Shown here: positions 48,873 to 61,200 of the stretch, piece by piece
Numbering within the stretch: the stretch's first letter is position 1
How the letters are laid out: each line of letters opens with the position of its first letter
Source of the DNA: Geosiphon pyriformis uo1
Taxonomy: Eukaryota > Fungi > Glomeromycota
Direction of reading: 5' to 3'
Assembly (NCBI GenBank): GCA_016748015.1
Contig: JAAOMT010000523.1
Coordinates: 372,001 to 436,000 of the forward strand
Length of the DNA: 64,000 bases
Position numbers and translations under genes: made by a program
The notes under the pieces: model-generated
What the model was told of the DNA's origin: nothing
Database searches by the model: none
The model's input: only the letters and a program-made list of their open reading frames with translations

Positions 48873-49800
48873 TCAAAAGTCATTGAATTAGTGAAAAATA
48901 TTCTTGCGCGCAATCAGAAAACACCTGAAGATTTGTTTGATTGCTTGAATGAGAAAAATTCACAATCTTTGATAGATACTTTTGGACAATTCATTTTAGG
49001 ATGTTGTCATGATATTGGATTTGGTACTTCACAAGATCAAGGAAAAGCATTTGAACACTATTCAAAAGCTGCAGAGGCGGGAGATATAGGTGCACAATAC
49101 AGTCTTGCAGTTTATTATGCTAATGACAAAGGCACGACAAAAAATTTAGAAAAAGCATTTGAACTCTATTCAAAAGCTGCAGAGGCGGGATATACAAGTG
49201 CACAATAAAATCTTGCACTTTGCTATGTTAATGGAGAAGGAACGACAACAAATCCAGAAAAAGCATTTGAAATCTATTCAAAAGCAGCAGAGACGGGACA
49301 TACAAGTGCACAATACAATCTTGCACTTTGCTATGCTAATGGAAAAGGCACGACAAAAAATTCAGACAAAGCATTTGAACTCTATTCAAATGCTGCAGAG
49401 GCAGGAAATTTAAAGGCACAATACAATCTTGCACTTTGTTATGCTAATGGAAGTGGAACGACAAAAAATTTAGAAAAAAGCATTTGAACTCTATTCAAAA
49501 GCTGCAGAGGCGGGACATTGAAAGGCACAATATTATCTTGCAATTTGTTATGCTAATGGAGAAGGAACGACAAAAAATCTGGTAAAAGCATTTAAACTCT
49601 ATTTAAAAGCAGCCGAGGCAGGATATAAAGATGCACAATACAATCTTGCACTTTGTTATCAGAATGGATGGGGAACAACAGAAAATCTGGCAAAAGCATT
49701 GAAACTCTATTTAAAAACAGCGAAGGCAGGAAATACAATTGCAAAAATCAATCTTGGACTTTGTCTTCGTAGTGGGAATTTTAATAACATATTCTTATAA
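48873..49800 (+). pseudogene. Sel1-like repeat protein, 5'-truncated; seven 108-bp repeats plus a partial one; two stops and a frameshift
   Basis: AQYNLALCYANGxGTTKNxEKAFELYSKAAEAG units at 108-nt period (49095, 49203, 49311, 49419, 49528, 49636). TAA at 49206, extra A near 49475, TGA near 49519. Confidence 0.88.
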
Positions 49801-49819
49801 ACAAAATCCAAAAACAATT

Positions 49820-49954
49820 TTTTCTCATTTCTATCAATCAATCAATCAGAATTCGTTGAAAATTTATTTCTAATTAATACTTCACATAAAAATACCTGCT
49901 GTTGATATTAACGAATCTTAAATATGACATTTATAAATAATTACGTTAATTGAT
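49820..49954 (-). repeat. Right copy of the long-range inverted repeat (partner 44550-44672)
   Basis: Reverse complement of the left copy, with a ~35-nt extra segment and a shorter (ATCA)n. Confidence 0.9.
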
Positions 49955-50060
49955 AAAAATGGCAAATCTTTGATCAGAAAATATGGATGATCGACTTTTA
50001 TAAAAATACTTGAAACCGTTTTTCATCAATTTGATGTTCTTTACTACGTTGCAGAAAAAA

Positions 50061-51889
50061 ATGGCTGAAAACCTAGCCAAATCACAGAGGCCAAGAGTAA
50101 GATGTATTGAATTCTTTAGTGGAATTGGTGGCCTGGTTTGTTTTATTTGAAATCTTTTTTTTTTTTACTTATTTATTAGAGTTCTTTTCACTCTCTCTAT
50201 CGTATTAAAAAAAAATTAATTTTAATTTTGATTAGCATTATGGTCTTAAAGCAAGTGGGGTTCAAGCACAAGTTGTAGCAAGTTTCGATATGAATCTAGT
50301 GGCAAATTCAGTTTACAAACATAATTTTGGAATGTCACCAATTACGGTAGTTATCAAGCTAGCTTAATATCTATTACTACGATTTGGCTAAAAGATTGTA
50401 TTTTTAGACAGCAATCGATGTGCTTAAAATCGAGGATATTGAAAAGCATGACGCAAACTGTTGGCTTATGAGTCCACCTTGCCAACCATATACAAGAGGA
50501 GGCAAAGGTTTAGATGACCAGGATACAAGAGCTAAAGCCTTACTCCATCTAATTGAAATTCTTCCACAATTAAATAAACCACCAAATTATGTGTTTCTGG
50601 AAAATGTTGTAAATTTTGAAGTAAACAATTTAAAAGTTTTGAATTTTGCTATGATGATGTCGAAATTTTTGAAAATTCAAATTTTGACTCCCTCTTTTGT
50701 TTTTCTTTTAATAAACATGTCAGAAGTCAAGATCTCGCCAAAAGCTTGTCACCCAACTTTCCAAAATGAATTATAATATTCACGAGTGTTTATTGACACC
50801 ATTGCAATTTGGCATCCCTAACGATCGAAAAAGATATTATCTCATGGCACGAAAGATATCCATCATAAACGATAAAGATACCATAGAAATGACTCCTAAA
50901 TACTCTGAAACTGGAGAAATACTAATTACTTGGCCATTTAAATTCATGAACATATCAGATCCTGATGATGATACTCAACCTGATACTCAACCCACAATAG
51001 TTCCACCATCTAAACAACCATTATTCGAAATACAACCATTATCAAACTTTTTACAACTCCAAGATTCAGAAAAGGAAAATATTTTTCAAGATCACCAAGT
51101 GCCCGAGAAATATATTTTAAAGAGATTCAATTTCAGATTTGGTATCGACCTTTTCAATCCTCACTTTTATGAACTTCAACCCAACCACTTCTATGAATAT
51201 TTTTAATACTGATTTGTTAAATTTTTATCTCTTGAAAGATATTGTTCAACCATCATATCAAAGGTCTACTTGTTTCACAAAAGTGAGTATTTATAGAGGT
51301 CATTAAATTACAAGTTTAACTCTTATTAATCAAATATATATTTTTTATGGAACATATTTAAGGCCTACGGTAGTCACCATGTATTTGGTTCTGGGTCTTT
51401 GCTTCAGACCAAACATATGGAGGTAACTCATATAAAATCTTTTTCCTGTCGCTTGACAACAAATGCATATCGAATTATTAAGCAGTTTCAAATCGTATGT
51501 TTCAGATCATAAATTACAATTTTTCAGATCCGGCCTCATTGCTTAAATTAGGTTTACGATTTTTTACCCCATCCGAAGTTGCTAGAATTAATGGATTTCC
51601 AATAAATCCAAATTCTTATCAGAACAACAACATTTTCTCGGATCCATGTTCAAATGAGAACCCGACTAAAGCAAAATCTGTAAATCCGAATAAACTTCCA
51701 ATAGGCCTCGAAAACACAGATCGACCAAAAAAATTTAATGCTGATATTATAGATTTTTCTTCAAATACTCCGGTATATTTTGAGTTTCCTGAGGATATTA
51801 ACACCATTCAACGCTATCGATTACTTGGAAATAGCCTAAATGTTTGGGTTGTTGCAGAATTAATGAGATGTGTCTTATTTTTGATTTAA
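50061..51889 (+). CDS. TRDMT1: tRNA (cytosine-38-C5) methyltransferase Dnmt2 (exons 50061-50135, 50236-50346, 50408-50620, 50724-51141, 51239-51282, 51363-51422, 51506-51889)
   Basis: C5-MTase motifs I EFFSGIGG, IV SPPCQPY, VI LENV, VIII PNDRKRYY, IX LRFFTPSE and X YRLLGNSLNV, plus the Dnmt2-diagnostic DIV...CFTKAY. All introns are GT-AG and phase-consistent. Confidence 0.93.
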
Positions 51890-54499
51890 AATTTATCAAC
51901 TTTGAAGTCAAAGCCAAAGCCATATCTATCCAATTAAATTTTACTTCATTTGAATAATTTTTTCAAAAAGTACTCATTCATATGAATTGGTCTTTAGTAA
52001 TTTTTCAAATACCAAGTATCGTATTCGATGACGCAATTATAAATATGAAAAAATTTTTCAAAAGAGCTCAGATCTTCAAGTTTGGATAAAATGAAAAATT
52101 GAGGACGGTTGTATATTCGGCAAATATTACATTTGAATGATTATTTAAACACAACATGAACTTCATTACCCATATATGCTTTACGTGTCATATACGTGAG
52201 AATAAAATGTGATTGTCTTTGCCAAAGATGTAGGAGTCGGTATGATGGTGTACTAATCCTAAAATGAAAGCCTTTCAAGTACAAGAAAAATAAGAGGGCC
52301 TATCTATCGACTTAAGAGAGTTTTAGTCATTTAATGGGAGATAGAAAGAGGCTAGAGTGAAGGAATGAGGAAAGCGTACCGGAACAGATGAGAAATTGAA
52401 AATAAACGAGATACTTTAAAATCAACCTCTAAAGTCTCAAGAAAACGCGAAAAAGGTGATTAGTCTATCAAATGAATTTTCGTATAGATATAGGATGGAT
52501 GATTGGTAAAATGTTCGTATGCAAGTTATTTAGTTTTTTCATTGACGAAACTTTGTTTTTTCGACTGGCTTCCCCTTGGTGCATTCTGCATTCTTTATTT
52601 CATAGTACAAAGATAAAATAAAATGATGTCGATATGCCTAGAATTGAAATCTAAATGAAACCTGGAATATTTGGCAAAAAAATTCTCATTCATTTTCTTC
52701 CGGTAGCCGCTGTCACAAGTGTATACACTTGGCATGTTTCTAAAAAGATTCTTTGAAAATGGAATTTAATTATTCCCGAAAACAGCAAGAGAACAATGAA
52801 TGTTTTCTGACTACCTATTTACTCCTTAATGTAAATATATCTAAATAACTTTAAAAAATTATATAAATATTTAATTCCATTAATTAAAAAATTTTATTTG
52901 TTATAATTTTTATTTTGTGACAAAAATTTTAGAATTAATAATAATTATTGTGTGTGATTTTTAGTTTAACGTTAATTTTAATAGATAGGATCATTATTGA
53001 CAAAAATAAATAAACTTATAATATATTTTCATTGATCTTTTTATATTTTTTTTGCTACGAATTATTCTTTTGAAATATCTCTTTATTTTAATATTTAACA
53101 CTTTATATAAAGTCAAATTAGCTCATATTAAAGTTGTATTCTAGCTATTACATGGGTTTATTAATATTAAGACTGTTACTAAAAACAATATTAAGTTTTT
53201 TTGTATAATATTTGCATATTATAAGTTTTTAAATACTATTATTAAAGATTAAGCTTGTTTATATGCTTAAAAATTATAAATTTTAGTTTTATTTTTTTCT
53301 GTTTGTATGTTTGCCAATAACATTAAAAATATTTTTAAAGATTTTAATAAAATTGTTGCTATTAAATTGAAGTCCGTGGTTTGTAACAATATGTTATTAT
53401 ATATTTTAAAACTCTTAATTTGCTAACTTGCCTTTTTTCATTGGTTATTTTTGGTAAAAAAAAATATTAGAATTTTTTTTTAAAACCAAATTAATTAATT
53501 TTTTGGTTGTATAGCTTTTGAAATTCCAAATATCATTGTTTAAATACATAATTAAATATGGTTTTATTCTCTAGTTATTTGAATTTAATTGTTGTTAAAA
53601 GTATTGTATTTTAAAAAAAAATTATATTTAATGGAAATTTCTGAATTTTGGCATTTTTATAATTGCCAAAAATTAAATTATTGGTTTCTGTCTGTAAAAA
53701 CACTTTTTTGGTTTAATTAAAACCATTTTTAAACTTTTTATTATGTCCAAACAAGTGTAGTTTTTTTTAAAGTGTTATATTTTTTATTCTAACTAAATAT
53801 GTAGTTATTTTAATTTTAATAATTATATATTGCTATTAAAATATTGATCTATATTTGATGTTACAATTTAACTTTTAAATTTAATATATTACAAGTAAAT
53901 ATTGCAGTCACTTTTTATTGTTTTTTTAAACAGCTTTTAATTATAAAAAGTCTTGAATATAATAATTAATATTTTAAAAAATTACAACTAAATTAAAATC
54001 AAATTCTGGATTTTTTTTCAATATAGTATGTTTTTAATTTTAATAATTATATGTTAACTTCTAAATATTTAAATTTAAATCTTTTAAACAATTACAATAG
54101 TCATTTATTTTGGGTTTAATAATTCAAATAAACTAATGTTTCTGAAATTAATAATTAAGCAATAATATAATTATTAGTTTTTAACAAAACAATGTAAAAA
54201 AATATTTTATTTATTAATTATAATTTGGTCAAAACAAAATTATTTTAATAAATGTATTTAATTTAAGTATTAAAACTTATTTCATTATAAAATATAAAGA
54301 TAAGCTTATTTTTTATACAAATTTTTTAAAATATTTACAAATTTTTATTTGAACTGATTGAATTTTATTTGAACTACACAAAATTTTAGTTTAAATTGTT
54401 TCAAATTTATGCAAACTAAAATTTTAAACACTTAAAAGCAAACTGTATTTTTTATATTTTTATACTATCAAAAGCCAAAACACCATAAAAAAATTACTT

Positions 54500-57400
54500 A
54501 TCACTTTTTTCTTTATTTTGTACACTTTATAATTATTTTTTCAACTCTTTTAAAAATTGAAAAAAGTAAATAACGCTACCGAAAACATAACCAATAATAA
54601 AAAATCTATTCTAATATAAGAAAATATTATTTTATATAATTTTAGAAAGTTTAAAAAAACCATAAAAAGTTTTAATGTTGATAGTTTTATATTAAGTAAT
54701 AAATATAATATAACAGATAATAGTAAAATAATAGAAACTGATATTAATAATATAAAAAATATTATGTTAAAAAACCAGTTTAATTAAATAATAATAGAAA
54801 AATTCCGTATAGTTTAAAAAAATATTATTAAAAAACACTATAATCAGTTTTTTCTTATTAAAAACCCAATAAAACAACCAAAATTTGAAAATAATAATGT
54901 AAAAATAGGGTTTTTTTAATATTTTTTATCTTTATTAAAGTCTTTTATTCTAAATAGAAAATTTTTTGCTTTGAATATTAATTTGTGGACTATTTAAGAA
55001 AAAATTCTCAAAAAAATTGCAGATTATTAAAAAATTGGTTTTAGATAAATTTTTATTTATTCCGAATTCTATAAAATTATCAGATTATTTTTTACTTTTA
55101 AATTAATAGTCAAAAAAAAGAGGTGTATTTATTAATACTAATTTTAAAGATAATTATCACAAAAAATTTGTAAATATTACAAAAAAACTATGCATATAGC
55201 TTTTTTTATATTCAATAAAATTATTGCAATTAAAATATAACTCATTGATTTATAACAAAAAGCTATAATCAAATTTCTTAATTTAAATATTGCTAAATTA
55301 ATAACTTTTAATTGTTAAAAAAATTTAGTATAAATAGCAAAAATTAATATTAACAGAGAATTTTAAAAAAAATACATATTGATTGTTTTTATATCTTATT
55401 AATAAATATATTTGCTTTCAATTTTTTCAATTTTTTGGTATTATTAATTATAATTCTATTATATACAATTAAATTAATATATATTATTGTTTGCTTTGAA
55501 TTCAAAAAAATGCTTTTAATAAAATTTTAGTTTTTAATAATATAATTTTAAAATAAACTAAACTGTATTGCTATTTTATATTAAGTATAACAAATTTAAT
55601 TATATGGTTTTAAAATATAATTTTGATAAAAAAATTAAAAAATGGTTTAAAAAAAATGTATTAAAGTTAGTTAAGCAATAAATACTGTATATATATATTC
55701 ATATTTTTTAGTTTTATCTTAAATATAAGCCATTAATAATTTTTTTAATTAAGATTTAGTAAAAAATATAATAATAAAACTGCCAAAATTTTAATTTAAT
55801 TTAATTTTAATTAATAATATAAAATTAAGTATTAAGAAATTAATTATTATAGTTAAAAGTTTAATAATACATATAAATAGTTTTTTTTTATTTTTAAAGC
55901 TTAATAAAACACATTTTTAATAACTATATATATTTAAAAAATTGTTATATATAATATAATAAATGAATAATTTTAATTATTATTAAAACAAAATTTAAAA
56001 AAATTTTGAATTAAAAAATTAAAATTTTTATAATAAAATATTTAAATTTAAATATTATATATATTATAAATAATAATATAATTAAACATATGTTTTTTTA
56101 TCTGGTATTGGTAGTTTTGTAATTCATAATCAACTATCACTCTCAGTTTAGTTTTATTTCATCTAGTGTATATTATAAATAAAATATTATAATTAAAAAA
56201 GAGCTTAAATTGAAGGCCAATTTACCAAAAAATTTTTCCAATAAGACTTTGCATCATCCATCTTTTTATGATTTGAAGTCATTTGAATAGGTTTAGACTG
56301 AAGGAAAGTTAGCTTTGATAATTGCTTTTTTTAATGCTTCTAATATTCTTGGGTATTTGTTTGAACATAGGTTTTTGAATTTGCAAATTTTGGAATAAGC
56401 TTTTTTAGATCCTTTGCAATTTTCTGTCAAATTATATGTTAGTTCAGTAAACAATTTTTTGGCTAAAATGGTAAAAATTTTTTGCTTAATGAATTGTTTA
56501 TAATGAACAATTTGCTTAGTACATTTTATAGTCTTGAAAAGTTTTTGATATCAAATATTCCGAGAGAATCTTTGTATTATAAGTCAATATGTTTTTTAAA
56601 AAGATTTGGTATTGTGTTTAGAAACAGACTGCTGGATAAAAAAAATAACATAATGGATTGAAAAACTTTTTAGCATTGAAAAAAGTTAGATTTTAGAAGT
56701 TCTGTACTTTACTAATTTGTTTTGACTTCAGGATTTTTGTATTATAAGAGTATTTTAGAGACAAGTTTTGTTAAGACTAATGATTTTTTTGACATAAATA
56801 TTTTGGGTTTTAATAGGTTTTTGGAAGTGCATAAAAATTTGCTTAAGGTTTAATTAAAAGCTATTAATATATACATGGATAAGTCTTTAAGAAATATAGA
56901 TTTAGTTAAGATTACTTATAAGGCTGCTGCATATTTTTTATCTGTGAATATAAGTATTGATGCTGCTGTTTATGGGCTTTTGTCTTTTACAATGGCTGAA
57001 TTACAAGCTGTTACTTTGTTTTTGGAATGTATTTCTTTTTTTTGTATAGTTATTATGTATCTAAACAATCAAATTACTATTAATGTTTATGTTTCTAAGG
57101 CCAAAATTGCTGTGCCTGATTTTTACAATCAGTGCTGATTGGAAAAAAAACATATTAATAATTTAATAAAGAATAAGAACTTTTTAATTAAGTAAGTGAA
57201 AATTAAGAGTTATTTAAGTGTTTCAAATAATATTAAAGCTGACTTATTGGCAAAAATAGCTGCTGTTTTTTTTTTTTTTATCTATTGGTGTAAATAAACA
57301 TTATATAGTGGCTAAAAGCACAATTGTATTTGGCAATATTTGTCATTTTGTTTGTAATATTTATAAATCTATTAGTTATAGTCATTGGAAAGCCAATCTT

Positions 57401-58280
57401 AGTTATAATATGATTTCTTGTGTCTTGATTAGAAAAGTAAACTGGATATTAATTACACAGATTTGGTATTTTGATTTATACATGTTATCTGAATTTACTA
57501 GTAAAAAATCGGCCAATTTACATATCTATTTAATAAAAATCATATATAAATGGTTGTTAATAGTGGTTAGAAAAAAGTTATACAACAAATTATATTTTAA
57601 GATTTTGTATTTATTTTGTGGTAAGATTGAATTGCCAGATTATGTTTTTACTTGTGTTAATAATATTAATATTCATAAAAAAATTTTGATGAAAGCTTCA
57701 ACTGTCTGGATTTCTTTGGTTACTGTCTGTAATTTTTTTTGGTGTTCTAAAGACTATTTCCAAATGTTTATTAGACATAAAATTATATATTATAGTTTGC
57801 AAAGACTTTATATAAAGAAATTAGTATAAAAAAATTATTATAGTACTTAAAGAAAAAAAAAGACTGTTATAATAGTGGTTAAATTGGTAAGACATTTAAT
57901 AAAGAAGCATTATTCAAAAATTTAGTTTGTGAAATTTAAACATAAGATATATATAGAAAAAGCCGGTTTAGTTAATAATAATGATATAATGTTTGAATTG
58001 TTTTATGGTTTTTCAAGAAAACTGTCAAATAGAATGGTTTATTTGCTTAGTGTAATTGAATTTTTTGCTGTTAGTTTTAATAGACATGTATTGTATTCCT
58101 TTTTTTCTGGATTAAATAGTACTGTTAGTGTTTATGTAGATATATAGTATTGCCTTGTTTGGTCCAAATAACTAGTCACATATTATAAGTGTATAAGTTA
58201 TATTTAGTTTAAATTACTTAATCTGGTTTTGTATACTAGATAACAATTGAACTTTATTTATAAAATGTTAATAAAAAAAA
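54500..58280 (+). mobile_element. Heavily mutated, internally deleted LINE (copy C; 3' part from the copy A subfamily)
   Basis: ORF1 relics KFFALNINL (~54958) and FNKIIAIKI*LIDL*QKAIIKF (~55211). ORF2 3' part from ~56100 (QFSFISS...LHHPSFYDLKSFE), RNase H YMDKSL/ELQAV, stop 58147. 3'UTR aligns without gaps to copy A; A-tail near 58270. The 5' boundary is approximate. Confidence 0.85.
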
Positions 58281-61200
58281 TTAAACATATTATTAAAGTT
58301 AAAGAAATTTTGAAAAAATTAATTAAAATTAAATTGCAATTTTAAAATAAAATTTCAGTTGCAATTAATAATATATATATAGAAATATTTATTAAAAACC
58401 AGTTAATTTAAACTAAAAAAATAAATAATATTATTGTTAAAACTATTAATAAAAATATATATGTAATAATAAAAAATAATTTTAATAAGATTAAAAGTGG
58501 TTAATATATTAATATTAAGTATTTTAAACAATTAAATCTTAACAATAATTTATTAAATAACTTAAAAATTAAATAAAACTTAAAAACTTATTAAATTTTT
58601 GTTTATAAGTTAAAATTTGGTTAATATAATAATAAATAATTATGTTTAATAAAATAATTAATTTTAAATATAAATTATATGATAGTTTTATTGTTTATTA
58701 ATTTAAATAATCTGTTTAATTTAATTTAATATATTTTATAAAAATTTAACACAAAATGTATTAATAAAAGCAAATAAATTGTTTTTAAAAAGAGAACTTT
58801 TAATGTAATTATTAATAGTTTATAAATATTTAATTAAGTTAAAAATATAAAAAATTTAAATTTAAGTAATATGTTTTATATAATATTACTGTTTTAATAT
58901 TTTAAAAATTTAGTTTTAAAAATTTTGTCAAAATTAACAATATATGTTTTTTTAAGTTTTGTAAATTAAAAAAATTGTTTACAAGTTCTTAAAATTAACA
59001 AGTTAAAAAACTTTAATAAAATACACAATGTTTTATATTTTTAAAAACTTATTAATTTTGTAAACACTAGTTTTGCTTGCTAATAAAGATTTAATAACAA
59101 AGTATTATCCTAAAAATTATTAAGTCTTTAAACTAAAAAAGACAAAAATATCAAAATTTTTTAAAATTTATAATATAATTACCAGGCAAATAAATAGTTT
59201 TTTAACAAATAAAAGTTGTATTATTAAAATGTTTAAAATATTTTTTTTAGAAAGTTATATTAAATTATTTGATTAATAATAAGAAAAATAATATATTGTT
59301 TTCTAAAAAGATAAAATTAAAAGTTAATAGTATTATAAAAAATGGAACATATAAAAACAAAAATTTAAATAAAATATTAATAATAGTGTTTTTGGTAAAA
59401 TTATAAATAAAATTTCTAAAATAGTTAAAAAAATTTTTAATAATAAAATAACTGCTCTGTTAAAAATTTTTAATAAGTTTTAGAAACATTATAATGTTTT
59501 GGTATTAACTTTACCGTTAAAACTGCAAAATAGTTGTTTATAAGTCAAAAGAGTGTTGATTCTTTGAAAAAACATAAATATCTGTAATTTTAAAGTTTTA
59601 TAAATGAGAAAAAATTTTAATTATCAGAAAAATTCTGTTTAAATATTTGTTAAATCATATTTTAATAATACATAACAAGAATATGGTTTTGAAAAAAAAA
59701 ATTTTATACAGATTTTAATTTTTGTAATTAGATTTATTATAAAAAATATTTTAAAAAAAAGTTATAAAATATAATGAGTTTTGTAAAATATGCAAAAAAC
59801 ATACAATTTTGTAAGTTAAGATTACTTATATTGTAGTTTAAAAAAGATTAAAATGCGTAAAAATTTGTTAAATTTATGGTAGTATTTACAATAATCATAA
59901 AAATAAAATAATAATAAATTTTAGCTTAACAAATAAATACCAAATTTATAATAAATTGAATTATAATAAAATGGTTTCTTTTGTGGTAAATTTTGTATAA
60001 TTTTCTTTTGTTTAAGATAAAAAAATAAAAATTTATAGTTATAATATGAAATTGCATTAGATTATTAATGCAGATAAGATAAAAATTTAAAATTAATTTG
60101 ACCTTTTATTTGGCAGTTAAAGCTTTTGTAAACAATATTATTTGATTAAAATAACTATTTTTTAACACAAAACATTTTAAATATGATTAATAGCTTTTTT
60201 TGTAAATAATACAATAAAAAACAGTAAATATTTTTATTAATTATAAATTAAATGATAAAAAATATGTTATTGTGATTTGTATTTTCTTAAAACCATTGAA
60301 TAATTTGTTATACTGTATTATTATTTATTTCTTGAATAAATCATGTGGCAGAAAATTTTTATAGGTATTTTTCTATTATCTAAAACTTTTAATTATTATA
60401 ATATTAATTGGCTATTGTTGTTCTTTCAAAATCTTTTAATTATTTGATTAGGTTTTGTGTATCTTCTTAAAATAAAACAGAAAAAATTATATTTTTTTTA
60501 ATCTAAGACTGTTTGTATTTCTTGAAATATAAGTAAAATATTATCGTCTTAAAGAATATTTGGTTAAATTATTATTTTAGATGTTAAAATTTGAGACGAT
60601 AAGTTTAAATTACTTAAAAATAAGAACAGTCTAATAGCTTTCTTTATTATTAGTTTCTAAAGAAGTTTTAATTAATTAATAAACAGTTATCTAATTGTAA
60701 ATTTGGTAACTTAAATTTTGAACTCAAAAAGTAACTGTTAAAGATAATTAAATATATTGTTTAATTGATGCTGTTATTTCTATTTTAAAATATTTTTAAA
60801 ATAAGCTTGCTTAAAAAGTAGATAAAATAAGTAGAATAGATTTTAAATAAGTAATTAATATGAAACCAATTTTAAAAGTCTTGAAACTGTCAATTAGATT
60901 CGACTTTAACAGAAAACAAATGCGACAGAATAAAAAAAGATTAAGTTTGATATATTTTAAACTGTTTTAATTGTAACAATAAAATGATTTCGGATTTTTT
61001 GTGTTAAAAAGAAGTAATTATTCATTTAATAGTAGATAAATTAAGAATTTAATTATTTTACAAAGAGTACTATCTTTATGTTACAAGTTAAAGTAATTTG
61101 TTAATAAATAATAATAAAAAACAAATATTTTATAATAAGAAACAATCAAAAAAAACTCAAATTAAAAAATCAAATTAATTTGTAAAAATTCAATATATGA

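Noticed and set aside
48987-49760. Regularly spaced repeats as a CRISPR-like array
   Set aside because: They are 108-nt protein-coding Sel1 units with no unique spacers.
50061-51889. The C5-methyltransferase as the cause of the repeat hypermutation (RID/DIM-2-like)
   Set aside because: The CFT motif, small size and lack of an N-terminal regulatory region identify Dnmt2, a tRNA methyltransferase. Proximity is not evidence.
52000-52800. CpG-normal island after Dnmt2, possible small spliced gene or ncRNA
   Set aside because: I could not build a consistent exon chain or recognise an RNA motif.
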